Part shown: positions 19,562 to 29,236 of the stretch, one piece after another
Layout of the letters: every line of letters starts with the position of its first letter
Numbering within the stretch: position 1 is the stretch's first letter
Assembly: GCA_044221725.1 (NCBI GenBank)
Contig: JBGAON010000004.1
Coordinates: 96,001 to 160,000 of the forward strand
Reading direction: 5' to 3'
DNA length: 64,000 nucleotides
DNA from: Elusimicrobiota bacterium
GTDB lineage: Bacteria > Elusimicrobiota > Elusimicrobia > F11
Translations under genes and position numbers: made by a program
The notes under the pieces: model-generated
What the model was told of the DNA's origin: nothing
The model's input: only the letters and a program-made list of their open reading frames with translations
The model's database searches: none

Positions 19562-20335
19562 TTATCCCTGATTTTGTTCTTTCAATTCTTGTGCTCTCTG
19601 CTGTTTCCAATTCTCAAAATCTTCGGGCGTATGGACCACCACTTCGCCGCGCATGCGGTAATGGCCAAGTCCACACAACTGTGCGCAGCCGATTTCGTAG
19701 CGACCGACTTTCGTCGGCTCAAACCACAACGGAACGCGCATGCCAGGCACCACGTCTTGCTTCACGCGGAATTCCGGCACAAAAAAACTGTGAATGACGT
19801 CTTTCGACGTCATGTAAATGATGGTTGGTTTCCCGAGCGGCACGTGCAACTCGTTCAGCGAAACGTAGTCGTCTTTGCCGTTCGGGTCGTTGGCATCGAT
19901 ACCGACGGTGTTGCCGGACGAGATCTGTTTCGCATCTTTTTTAGCGAACAAACCATCCGGGCCCGGATACTGAAAGCCCCAGGCAAACTGTTCGGCCACA
20001 AGTTCGACGACGACCGAGTTCTCGTCTTTCGGGAAATCCTCTTTCACGTGCGCCCAAATGGGAAGGCCGAGGAAAAATACAAGCCAAAGCTCAAAGCCCA
20101 ACACCATCGCGTCGGGCAGAAACGAGGCCAAACCGCCCTTATGCGCCGCATCATAAGAGGCTGTTTGCTGGTTCCCTTTGCGGAACCGGATCAGGCAATA
20201 GGTGAAGAAAATTCCCCAGACCACGAAGATCGCGGTCATTCCCCACTGCAGCAGGTTCAAAGCAAAATCAATTCTGCCCGCGTACGTGGAGGCGGCGATG
20301 GGAAGGCCGAACGTGTAATTCGACGGATCGATCAT
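19562..20335 (-). CDS. ctaC: Cytochrome c oxidase subunit II (CuA), no cytochrome c fusion
   Basis: Two TMs, AEQFAWGFQYP, DVIHSF, CAQLCGLGHYRM (CuA ligands); no CxxCH. Confidence 0.95.
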   Translation of the reverse strand: MIDPSNYTFGLPIAASTYAGRIDFALNLLQWGMTAIFVVWGIFFTYCLIRFRKGNQQTASYDAAHKGGLASFLPDAMVLGFELWLVFFLGLPIWAHVKEDFPKDENSVVVELVAEQFAWGFQYPGPDGLFAKKDAKQISSGNTVGIDANDPNGKDDYVSLNELHVPLGKPTIIYMTSKDVIHSFFVPEFRVKQDVVPGMRVPLWFEPTKVGRYEIGCAQLCGLGHYRMRGEVVVHTPEDFENWKQQRAQELKEQNQG

Positions 20336-20346
20336 TGAGCTGAGGC

Positions 20347-21126
20347 TTAGGCTCCCTTAAATGTGAATTCGATCGTTTTCGATTCTTTGGCGCCGACGGT
20401 CACTTTCTGCGTCGCGGTGCCGTATTTTTCGTGCCACGCTTCGATTTCGTATTCGCCCGGAGGCAGGTTCTTCAAAGAGAACGATCCATCGTCTGAGGTA
20501 ACCGACGCGTACGGATGATCTTGAACGCCGATCCACGCGTGCATCCATGGGTGGACGTCGCATTTCACAGGAATCATGACTTCGGGAGTCGTGAAAGTCT
20601 TATCCGATTCCATTCCCTGTACCGGCTGACCCATGTTGAAGCCCTGGTTTTTCGTTGGACGGACGTTCACGTTGTGAAGAACGCCGTCGGAGTTGCGAAT
20701 TTTGAGCGGTTGGCCAACTTGAACGGCGGCCACGTGTGGCGTGTACAAGCAACCTTTTTGATCAAAGACAACCGGTTCCGTTGGTGCCGGGAATTTTGTG
20801 GTGCCAAGACCGCTTTTCACGTAGACGTAAACATACTTCAAGGTTTTGTTCGGGTTGACCACGACTTCCTCGGAAACGACGTCCGTCGCGTGCTGGGTTT
20901 TGCAATAAGCGTCAGCGCCCATGGAAATTTTCTGCGCTTTTGGAGCGGTGCCCGCGAATTTCACGGTGCCGCTAATGCTACCGGCGGTGTTTGGATCGAC
21001 CGGATTTTGCGCAACAGCTTGCGTGTTCGATGCGGCCGGCGCTCCGGACTCTGTGTTCGATCCACCTTTGCAAGCGCCCAAAACAAAAAGTGTGCTGACC
21101 AGTAAATAACTTCGATGAAACTTCAT
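20347..21126 (-). CDS. Lipoprotein with cupredoxin-like domain and C-terminal carboxypeptidase-regulatory-like domain
   Basis: Lipobox LGAC; NSDGVLHNV...KCDVHPWM; DDGSFSLKNLPPGEYEIEAWHE; RBS AGGAGG upstream of ATG 21126. Confidence 0.8.
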   Translation of the reverse strand: MKFHRSYLLVSTLFVLGACKGGSNTESGAPAASNTQAVAQNPVDPNTAGSISGTVKFAGTAPKAQKISMGADAYCKTQHATDVVSEEVVVNPNKTLKYVYVYVKSGLGTTKFPAPTEPVVFDQKGCLYTPHVAAVQVGQPLKIRNSDGVLHNVNVRPTKNQGFNMGQPVQGMESDKTFTTPEVMIPVKCDVHPWMHAWIGVQDHPYASVTSDDGSFSLKNLPPGEYEIEAWHEKYGTATQKVTVGAKESKTIEFTFKGA

Positions 21127-21166
21127 TTTGAATCCTCCTGGAATTAAGTGACGGGGTGAGAAAATG

Positions 21167-21195
21167 AAACTATCAATCTTCCTGTTGGCGGTCAA
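21167..21195 (-). promoter_or_regulatory. Putative sigma70 promoter of the oxidase operon
   Basis: Minus strand TTGACC-N17-TAGTTT, about 40 nt upstream of the first gene. Confidence 0.5.
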
Positions 21196-21269
21196 GTATA
21201 TGGATCCATTCAGCGCGGACGCATAGGTTTGACGGACTCCGGCAAGTGAGTTACTCTCACCGCTATCTC

Positions 21270-22172
21270 ATGGATTCCCGAGAGCTTCACTTTTTTGATG
21301 GTTGCCCAGTCTGCGGTGCACAAAGCACGAGCCGCTTGTACGTTTTGAAAGATACCTCCGTTTTTTGTTGCCCGCGTTGCACACTAAAATTCCTTAATCC
21401 TTGTTTGTCTGCGCGCGCGATGGCCGAAGCCTATTCGTCGGAATCGGAACTTTTAAAGCTGCATGATCATCACCAGGGTTACTATTCGTTCCATGACCCC
21501 GATTTTACGAGCGCCACGTCGAAGGAGTTTCGAAAAGCCATTGAGGCGGTGAACGTCATTCGGCGCGGGTCAAAGACGAAAGTATTTGACGTCGGCTTTG
21601 GAAACGGATTGTTTCTTGCGCTCGCAAAAAATATGGGATGGGAGGTCGCCGGCATTGATACATGTGCCGAAAACGTGCCAAAGGCGAGTTCCCAACTCGG
21701 CGTTTCGTTGGCCCAAGGATCGTTTGACAGTTTTGTGCCGAACGAAAGTTATGATGTTGTTTCGTTTTGGGATGTTCTTGAGCACATGTCTGATCCCAAC
21801 GCCGCCCTTCGTAAAACCATTAATACTCTCGTTCCGGGGGGCGTGGTGATCGTTGGAATTCCAAACGATTCGTCTGCGATGGCGAAAATAGCCTCTCTGT
21901 TGTACCGCGCGACCTTGGGCAAATGCGTTTCCCCTGTGAATCGAACTTATATTTGGGAGCATGTCTGTTATTTCAATCGAACCAGTCTGAAGTATCTGTT
22001 TGAGCAGCATGGATTTGTCGAAAAGGTGTTTTTTCTGAGCCGAACGGATCTCGCAAAATACACGCTGCCATTTTTCGAGAAAATTATCGTTCAAGCATTG
22101 CTTATAATGGGACGAATAACACGGTGGGAAAACCGAATGGTGGCCGTGTATCAACGGGCGAGTGGCAAATGA
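21270..22172 (+). CDS. Class I SAM methyltransferase with N-terminal Zn ribbon
   Basis: CPVC...CPRC, VFDVGFGNG, YDVVSFWDVLEH, LVPGG, EHVCYF. Confidence 0.88.
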   Translation: MDSRELHFFDGCPVCGAQSTSRLYVLKDTSVFCCPRCTLKFLNPCLSARAMAEAYSSESELLKLHDHHQGYYSFHDPDFTSATSKEFRKAIEAVNVIRRGSKTKVFDVGFGNGLFLALAKNMGWEVAGIDTCAENVPKASSQLGVSLAQGSFDSFVPNESYDVVSFWDVLEHMSDPNAALRKTINTLVPGGVVIVGIPNDSSAMAKIASLLYRATLGKCVSPVNRTYIWEHVCYFNRTSLKYLFEQHGFVEKVFFLSRTDLAKYTLPFFEKIIVQALLIMGRITRWENRMVAVYQRASGK

Positions 22173-22906
22173 AAACGCTCATTATTATTCCAACCTACAA
22201 TGAAGTCGAAAATATTGCGGAAATTATCAAGCTCATTCGTCGTGACGTCCGATCCTATTGTCCCGATATTCTCGTCGTGGACAGCAATTCGCCGGATGGA
22301 ACAGCCCATGACGTCGAGACACTTCAGAAAACTGACGCGGGTTTACATTTAATTGTTCAGCCCCAAAAAGTTGGCCTGGGAAAAGCTTATTTGGAAGGAA
22401 TGAATTGGGCGCTCGCGCGAGATTACGAAACGATCGTGACGATGGACGCCGATTTTTCTCACAATCCGAGCCATCTGAACGAGTTGCTCGCGATGTCAAA
22501 TACCACCAATTTTGTCATCGGTTCGCGCTATATCAAAGGGGGCGGACTGAACGCGTGGCCCTTTCATCGGCGCCTGTTGAGCCGTGGCGCAAATCTGTTT
22601 GCGAAATTAGTGACGGCGCTGCCGTTTAACGATTGTACGAGTGGGTTTCAAGCGGTCCACAAAAAAATATTGGCCGGAATTCTTTCGCAGCCGATCGTTT
22701 CGGACGGGTATGCTTTTCAAATTGAGCTTAAGTACCGCGGGCTTGAAGAGAACGCCTCTTTCTCCGAAATCCCTATTGTTTTTACGAACCGCACAAGAGG
22801 CACATCAAAGATCTCACGCAAAATTATCGTTGAGACGTTTTTTTATGTTTTGAGCCTTTTCCCCAAAAGAAATATGGTGGAAAAACGCCTCGAGTCGCGG
22901 ACATAG
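22169..22906 (+). CDS. Polyprenol monophosphomannose synthase-like GT2
   Basis: IIIPTYNEVENI, VDSNSPDGT, GLGKAY, MDADFSH, GSRY, DCTSGF, GYAFQIE. Confidence 0.92.
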   Translation: MKTLIIIPTYNEVENIAEIIKLIRRDVRSYCPDILVVDSNSPDGTAHDVETLQKTDAGLHLIVQPQKVGLGKAYLEGMNWALARDYETIVTMDADFSHNPSHLNELLAMSNTTNFVIGSRYIKGGGLNAWPFHRRLLSRGANLFAKLVTALPFNDCTSGFQAVHKKILAGILSQPIVSDGYAFQIELKYRGLEENASFSEIPIVFTNRTRGTSKISRKIIVETFFYVLSLFPKRNMVEKRLESRT

Positions 22907-24250
22907 GTCAACGAGCGCGTACGCCACGCCGATAATTAATATCCAATCCGACAACACCAAGCGTGATCGCAAATGCGCGATGTACACCACCACCGAAAAA
23001 ACCTGCGTAAGCAAACTGGCCGCCAAAATTTTCCATAAACCGTCTTTTGATTGAAAGATCAAAACTACGAAGCCAATGGCGCCAATGAGCGCTGTGTCAC
23101 GAAACTTGGTCTGTAGCAAACTGATTGGCGTGCGCGCGTTCCAATCTCCGTACATCAGATGCAGGAAAAACGCCGCAACGCCGAGTGTAATACCGAGAAC
23201 TCGGTTTGGATGCTTGCGGAATGTGGCAATAAACAGCGCGAGCCAAATACATGGGAAGAACAAGCCCGTTCCGTTGTTCGTAAACTCCTGATAAGTCTGT
23301 TGAAGTTTAATCCAGGCCCAATAAATGTTTCGAGTGGGGTGTTCGCGAAACGCGGTCCGTGCCGCGGTATTCATTTGCTGGTTCCAATCCCATTCAACCG
23401 GAGTTGCATCTATCATGCGCATCGCGGCGGGGTCCGCTACTGTGTAAGCTTCGTCCGGATGAAACACTTGTCCCATGTAGAGTCCCCACGCCCCATCGGT
23501 GGAAAAAGGTAGAAAATGTTTGTGCACGTTCCAATTGCGAACGATCCACAGAGACCACGGTGTGAGCGCGAGCACAAGAACGAGCGCGAAGGCAGCCAGA
23601 CGAGGTTTAAATATTTTTACGTGCTCTCGCAGAAAAAATACGGTAAGCAAAAACCCAATCAACAATGTTTCGGGTCGAATTAATATCCCAAGCCCATAGA
23701 AAAACGCCGCTCCGTAAGCCCATCCGATCCGTTCCTGCTTTAATAATTTCAAATAACAATACAGGAACAGCAAAAGCATGAACAACGAAAGCGTTTCTCG
23801 GAGATAAACGATCGCGATGTAATAATAGTCGACATAAAAGGCGGCGATAATTCCCGCGATGGTGCCCACGCGGGTTCCGCCCATTTCGGTTCCGAACATC
23901 GCAATCAACACACATGTGAAGGCTCCCAATAGGTACTGGATGGCCGTCACCCAATTTTCCCATTCGTCGGGGCCGCTCAGAAGCTCAATGCCCGCGAGAA
24001 ATAACGAATACAACGGCATGCGAAGTGAATCCGGCTTTGGATGAGGGCCGGGGTCCCGAGAATATACGCCGTGGTGGATAAGATTGTCGGCGTAAGTAAA
24101 GTAAGTGTGTGTCATGCCGCCATGGTGCGGAATCGGTTTCAGGGCTTCGCCGATGGTAATGCGCATGACGAGCGCGACAAGTCCGATAACAATTAGACTG
24201 AAGATAAACCGATCCTTTGTACCGCCAATCTTTTTGGAATCTTCTAACAT
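22814..24250 (-). CDS. ArnT-like GT-C membrane glycosyltransferase
   Basis: Y..YADNL, RMPLYSLFLA, ETL, LIRPE, W.VRN; many TMs; RBS GGAGG. Confidence 0.75.
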   Translation of the reverse strand: MLEDSKKIGGTKDRFIFSLIVIGLVALVMRITIGEALKPIPHHGGMTHTYFTYADNLIHHGVYSRDPGPHPKPDSLRMPLYSLFLAGIELLSGPDEWENWVTAIQYLLGAFTCVLIAMFGTEMGGTRVGTIAGIIAAFYVDYYYIAIVYLRETLSLFMLLLFLYCYLKLLKQERIGWAYGAAFFYGLGILIRPETLLIGFLLTVFFLREHVKIFKPRLAAFALVLVLALTPWSLWIVRNWNVHKHFLPFSTDGAWGLYMGQVFHPDEAYTVADPAAMRMIDATPVEWDWNQQMNTAARTAFREHPTRNIYWAWIKLQQTYQEFTNNGTGLFFPCIWLALFIATFRKHPNRVLGITLGVAAFFLHLMYGDWNARTPISLLQTKFRDTALIGAIGFVVLIFQSKDGLWKILAASLLTQVFSVVVYIAHLRSRLVLSDWILIIGVAYALVDLCPRLEAFFHHISFGEKAQNIKKRLNDNFA

Positions 24251-24260
24251 TCGACCTCCA

Positions 24261-26033
24261 TTAAAACTCTTGATCCAACAGAAATCGAGCGTAATTCGAA
24301 CTGAACAATTCGCGGTAAACGTATTTGTGGACCGGGTCGTTCTCGAGCGCCTGAATTTTTTCAGTCAGAGAGTCCGCAATAGCTCTCTGCTTCTCGGCTT
24401 CTTCATCGTTCCTTTGGCGACGGTACAACAAGGCCAAAGCCTTGTGAGGTACAGGGGCGTCCGGTTCGAGCTCCGCCGCTTTTGAAATTAGCTCACGTGC
24501 CGCTTCGTACTGGCCCTTCCCAACACGGTAGAGCCCCTCTTGAACATAGAAAGGAGCATGATGCGGTTGAAGTTTTCTTGCTTTGGCAAAGCATTCATCA
24601 ATGAGAGCTGTTTCTTCCGGATGGTACGTTACGAGAACCAGTGCCTTTCGTTGCCAAGTAAAACCAATCTGATCATTCCAGACGAGCGACCTGTTCAATT
24701 CCGTCAGAGGATTTTCTCCTTTCTCTATCTTTTTTAACGCGATTTGATACCAGGCGTCCGAACGGACCGGACATAGGCGTGCCGCCATTTCGATGCGGCC
24801 CCGACGCTCGAAGAACGTTGAAACGAAAAGACTGGAGAGAAAAATCAATAACGCGGACGCTGCGACAGCGAGGACAGTGACAATTTCTCTTATGCGGATG
24901 TGAGGTTCTGAACTTTTCGGGGATTTCGCGGCCAGAAAACCGATCGCGATTGAAAAAATCATCGCATTAAATGGCAGGAACAAGCTGTAATTAATTAAAG
25001 AGGTAAGAAAAAACACGAGCAAAATCGAGAACAACAACCGTTCCCTGAATAGAATTGACCACGATTTTTTAATCAGTAAAAGAAACCCACCAAAAAGAAT
25101 CAATGCACCAGGAATCCCGGTTTCTGTGGCTACTTGAAGAAATCCATTATGAGCAAAAATTGTGGAGAACGAGTAATGCAATCCGTAGTTCGCCGGGTAT
25201 TGAAATTGTTGATAGGCCGACTCGAAATTGCCCACACCAAAACCCATGAACGGTTTGTTCGCTATCGCGGCAATAGCGGTGCGCCAAACAGTGACACGTC
25301 CAAGCGTCGATTGTAGGCCCAATGAATCCAGTTCCAAATCGAGCCAAAAGTCTTTGCCGCGCACGGCCATGAACGCGATCAAAAACAGAAAGCTAGCCAG
25401 TGCCAGTTGAAGGCATTTTTTGGGGTAAAAATAAAAAACCAATAATGCGGCAGCGATCGAGCCCGTGCGCGAACGCACATAGAAAATAGCGGCGAACACA
25501 CACAGAGACCAGAGCGCCCATCCCGCCCGTTGTCGCGGGTCCGTCGCGCGCGCGATACGAACGAGAAGCACCGCCAGCGTAATTGGGAGCAGAATGCCGG
25601 TGTGCAGCGAATTCCCAAGAACACCGGCGAATTGGGGCCCTCGTCCGCGCACGCCGGCGAAAAGAATGGAAATTGTTTCCACTGTCCCAAAGGCGACCAA
25701 CAAATTTTCGAATTGCTTCTCGCTGGCTTCGCTCCAATTGCAGCAAGCAAGCACACCCACCAGCATGCACAGAAATGTCTTGCTAATGCCAAACAGAAAC
25801 AAGTCAAGTGGAGCCCCCGTTAAAAGGCCGGTCCAACACCAAACAAAGAAACCAAAAAACGCCAGCGTGACATCCACGGGAACCGGTCGATTCTGAGGCC
25901 GCCTCAAAAGAACCGCGGCCGCAGTGAGTGCCGCGATGAACACCGGTAAAAACGTGAGTGGAGTTTTTCCCCCCAACAGCACAAACGAAATCAAGAAAGG
26001 CAGGAAGAGAACGTTGAGGTTCTTTCGAATCAT
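24261..26033 (-). CDS. O-antigen ligase (Wzy_C) family protein with C-terminal TPRs
   Basis: SRTG, R..VWRTA...IANKPFMGFGVGNF, AHNGFLQVATETGIPG; TPR-like C-terminus; start trimmed to MIRKNLN. Confidence 0.85.
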   Translation of the reverse strand: MIRKNLNVLFLPFLISFVLLGGKTPLTFLPVFIAALTAAAVLLRRPQNRPVPVDVTLAFFGFFVWCWTGLLTGAPLDLFLFGISKTFLCMLVGVLACCNWSEASEKQFENLLVAFGTVETISILFAGVRGRGPQFAGVLGNSLHTGILLPITLAVLLVRIARATDPRQRAGWALWSLCVFAAIFYVRSRTGSIAAALLVFYFYPKKCLQLALASFLFLIAFMAVRGKDFWLDLELDSLGLQSTLGRVTVWRTAIAAIANKPFMGFGVGNFESAYQQFQYPANYGLHYSFSTIFAHNGFLQVATETGIPGALILFGGFLLLIKKSWSILFRERLLFSILLVFFLTSLINYSLFLPFNAMIFSIAIGFLAAKSPKSSEPHIRIREIVTVLAVAASALLIFLSSLFVSTFFERRGRIEMAARLCPVRSDAWYQIALKKIEKGENPLTELNRSLVWNDQIGFTWQRKALVLVTYHPEETALIDECFAKARKLQPHHAPFYVQEGLYRVGKGQYEAARELISKAAELEPDAPVPHKALALLYRRQRNDEEAEKQRAIADSLTEKIQALENDPVHKYVYRELFSSNYARFLLDQEF

Positions 26034-26151
26034 CGTTAACGCGAGACCTTCAATAACGATTTTGAATTCGAATGAGAATTTGACATTGTTGGCAATAAAG
26101 CATTTTTCACGGCATTCAGGCAGAGGGGAAAAATTTGACACTTTCGCCATT

Positions 26152-27711
26152 ATGAGCAGCGAAGAAAACAAACCAGCCTCAGCTTCTCGTTCGGACCGAT
26201 TGCGTTTTTTTTCTGCCATCGAACTAAGCAGTTACACGGCGCTCGGCATTCTCTTAAGCACCCTCTCTCAAGTCCTCGTCGCGTATTATTATGGCACCTC
26301 CAAAATGATGGATGCTTATTTGGTCGCTTCCACCTATCCAACACTTGTGATGATGTACATCTTGTCACCAATCAACACCGTCTTAATTCCACAATACAAC
26401 GTTCTCAAACGCGAAAACGAAACCGAGGCTTTTACCAACACGCTGTTCGCGGCGTTGCTGGTGGTGTGTTCGATCATGCTTGTGTTCGGTTGCCTTTTTT
26501 CCCATGCATTGCTCGATAAGGTTATGCCACAGCTCGCGGACGATGTGATGATTCTGTCGGTGAAATTAAGCCCGCTATTTTGGTTCGCGGCCGTTTTGCA
26601 AACGATGTTCGGTTTTTTTGCCGCCATTTTGCAGGCCAACCATGCCTTCCGAGCGCAAGGTCTGGCGCCATTGGTATTGAGTGTCGCAACCGTCACCGCT
26701 ATATCTTGTCTCGCGCCCGTTTTTGGAATATGGGCGTACGCAATTGGAAATGCGGCGGGTGCCGTCACGCAAGTTATTGTGATAGCGCCGAGTCTTCAGC
26801 GGTTGTGGAAGTGGAATCTCAAGGCCTTCGAGTGGAAACATTTGAAACGCTTTTTGATTTTGTCGTGGCCTGTTCTGTTGGGCGGCATTATTGTGCGCGC
26901 CGTTCCCGCGCTGGAACGGTCCGCGGCCTCCGCCTTTCCGTTGGGAACCATTTCCAAGCTTAGCTACGCGCAGCGTGTGCTCGGAACAATTTCTTCTCTG
27001 ACGCTGAGCGGTTTTGTCGTGGTGTTATTTCCACGATTGTCCGAATTGTCGCACGATCTCGTCGAATTTCGGCGCGAATTGATGTCGGCATTTTATTTGG
27101 TGCTGTTCTTTCTCACGCCGATGCTCACCTTCCTGATTTTGTTTGCCGATCCGCTGTTGAATCTATTGCTTGTGCGCGGCGCTTTTTCGCAAGCCGATGC
27201 GGCCAGCGTGGCACGCGCGATGTTGCTGTACGGTCCTTATTATTTGGCGGCGGCGGTCGGCTCCGTGGTCGGCAAAGGACTTTATGCGTTGCAGCTCACG
27301 AAACTCGCCATGGTGATGGATGCGATTGGTTTGGGCGTCTATGCGGCCGCGCTCTTTGGCAGCGTAAAATATTTTGGGAAGGACGGAATTCCGATTGCCA
27401 TGTCAATTTATTACGTGGTGGCGGTGTTGGCGGCTGGCCTGGTTCTGTTGCGCCGCGCCAACGGCGGCTTAAGCGATATTTATGACGGCTCTCTGAAAAA
27501 ATTTCTTTTCGCGATCGGTGTCATGATCGCGATAAATATTGTGGTGTACCGCAGCGTAGCGATTATCAACCCTATCTTGGCGTTGGTATTGGCGGGTGTG
27601 CTCGGAAGCGGCGGTTATTTTTGGATCGGATATTGGCTGAAGCTCGAAGCCGCGCTCAAGGTTCGGCAACTTGTGCGCCTCAAAAATCCGTTTGCGGTTA
27701 AAAAGCCATGA
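26152..27711 (+). CDS. MurJ/MviN-like MOP flippase
   Basis: AYYYGTS..MDAY, LIP.Y, LSYAQR, LFPRLS, RGAF...DA; about 14 TMs. Confidence 0.85.
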   Translation: MSSEENKPASASRSDRLRFFSAIELSSYTALGILLSTLSQVLVAYYYGTSKMMDAYLVASTYPTLVMMYILSPINTVLIPQYNVLKRENETEAFTNTLFAALLVVCSIMLVFGCLFSHALLDKVMPQLADDVMILSVKLSPLFWFAAVLQTMFGFFAAILQANHAFRAQGLAPLVLSVATVTAISCLAPVFGIWAYAIGNAAGAVTQVIVIAPSLQRLWKWNLKAFEWKHLKRFLILSWPVLLGGIIVRAVPALERSAASAFPLGTISKLSYAQRVLGTISSLTLSGFVVVLFPRLSELSHDLVEFRRELMSAFYLVLFFLTPMLTFLILFADPLLNLLLVRGAFSQADAASVARAMLLYGPYYLAAAVGSVVGKGLYALQLTKLAMVMDAIGLGVYAAALFGSVKYFGKDGIPIAMSIYYVVAVLAAGLVLLRRANGGLSDIYDGSLKKFLFAIGVMIAINIVVYRSVAIINPILALVLAGVLGSGGYFWIGYWLKLEAALKVRQLVRLKNPFAVKKP

Positions 27712-28457
27712 CAAAAAACACAAATTCCGTGGTCCATAAAGAGGCGTACGCCCGGTATTTTAAAAGCCACTTCAATCGTTACCAAAGTTTGGACCCGAAT
27801 GATTTGTTCGAATACTACGAGCAAAACGTGAAATCTTCTTTGCCCATGGATCCCAACGCGAAAATTCTTGAAATCGGAGCCGGGCTTGGGAAATTTTCTC
27901 ACTACTTAAAAAAATGCGGCTACACGAACGTTACCTCTATCGACATCTCGGCCGAGCTTGCGCAGCTAGCGAAGCAACACGCGGGCGTTGATGTTACGGT
28001 GGTGGATGATCCGGCGGTTTTTCTAGAGGCTCAAACGGCTGGCTCCTATGACACTGTCTGCATGTTTGATGTGATTGAGCATATGCGAAAAGAATCCGTC
28101 GTCGCTTTTTTGCTTTTGATTCACCGCGTGCTCAAACCAGCGGGAACCTTTCACGTTTCCACCGAGAACATGGCCAGTCCGGTTGGAGGTCGGATTCAAC
28201 ACTATCTGGATTTCACGCACGAGTACAATTTTTCTGAAATTTCGTTGCGACAGGTTCTCGACATTGCGGGCTTTTCGGAGATCACGATTGCCGGAATGCG
28301 CGAAAATATCACGGGCATTCGGTCCTTGCTGTTATGGACGGCACGACGGCTGTTGTTCGCTATCTATCGGTTTGTGTATTTCATCGAACGGCAAGGTATG
28401 GTGCGGCCCACGATCTTTTCAAAAGAGTTAATTGCGTCGGCCAAAAAGATTTCGTGA
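27708..28457 (+). CDS. Class I SAM-dependent methyltransferase
   Basis: ILEIGAGLG, FDVIEH, LKPAG, DFTH. Confidence 0.9.
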   Translation: MTKNTNSVVHKEAYARYFKSHFNRYQSLDPNDLFEYYEQNVKSSLPMDPNAKILEIGAGLGKFSHYLKKCGYTNVTSIDISAELAQLAKQHAGVDVTVVDDPAVFLEAQTAGSYDTVCMFDVIEHMRKESVVAFLLLIHRVLKPAGTFHVSTENMASPVGGRIQHYLDFTHEYNFSEISLRQVLDIAGFSEITIAGMRENITGIRSLLLWTARRLLFAIYRFVYFIERQGMVRPTIFSKELIASAKKIS

Positions 28458-29236
28458 TCGACCGACTGTTTCGTTTGTTGTTCGGCTTTCCTCATGTGTT
28501 GAGGCGCATGCAGTATCCGCTTGTTCTGCGAGCGCTCGAGCGATTGTCACCAAGCGGAAACGGCGGAATCGTTTTGGATGTCGGCTGCGGAGATGGAGAT
28601 TTGATTCGCCTGTTGCCAACGCCTTGGTACGGAATCGGCGTGGAGCCGACGCACACGATTGCGGCGGTTCCGGGACGGTGTTGTTTCGTGCGATCGGACG
28701 GCGCAACGATGCCGTTTCCTGACCGCTTTTTTGACGCCATAGTTCTCTCGAGCGTGTTGCAGATGGTTCCAAACGAACAAGAATTGCTGTCGGAATGCAA
28801 ACGCGTGTTAAAAACTGGAGGGCACTTAATTTTGACCGTGCCCAGTGGCTATCGGTTCATCCCCAAAATTTTTCAGGCGGATTTTTTGGGACGTGCGTTG
28901 CGCAGCATGTTGCGATTGCCCGAAACGATTGAAATTTTTTACGAACAGTTGAACGTTAAGCATGCGGCGCGTGGACGCGGCTATTTTCAACACAATGATC
29001 TCGTGGTGGTTCTGAAGACCGCGGGTTATTCGGTCTTGAAATTTGAATACGCGCCGCGCGCTCTCGGATCGTTGATTTACGAAACCTGTTTGTTGCTGCG
29101 ATGGGCGATGGGTCTTAATTTGTCGGTCTACGGGATGGGAGGAATGTTGCTCTATCCGATCGGTTGGTTGGATCGCTGGTTGCCGCCGACAAGCATGGGT
29201 TGCGAAATTCTCGTGAGCGCGGAGCGCGCCGCTTAA
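28454..29236 (+). CDS. Class I SAM-dependent methyltransferase
   Basis: VLDVGCGDG, MPFPDRFFD, RVLKTGG; GTG start overlapping the previous stop. Confidence 0.88.
   Translation: MIDRLFRLLFGFPHVLRRMQYPLVLRALERLSPSGNGGIVLDVGCGDGDLIRLLPTPWYGIGVEPTHTIAAVPGRCCFVRSDGATMPFPDRFFDAIVLSSVLQMVPNEQELLSECKRVLKTGGHLILTVPSGYRFIPKIFQADFLGRALRSMLRLPETIEIFYEQLNVKHAARGRGYFQHNDLVVVLKTAGYSVLKFEYAPRALGSLIYETCLLLRWAMGLNLSVYGMGGMLLYPIGWLDRWLPPTSMGCEILVSAERAA

Noticed and set aside
25924..26219. Apparent head-to-head overlap of ligase and flippase ORFs
   Set aside because: Artefact of longest-ORF starts; likely starts at 26033 and 26152 leave a normal divergent spacer. The same trimming applies to 5304..7628, 42398..43582 and 62421..63974.
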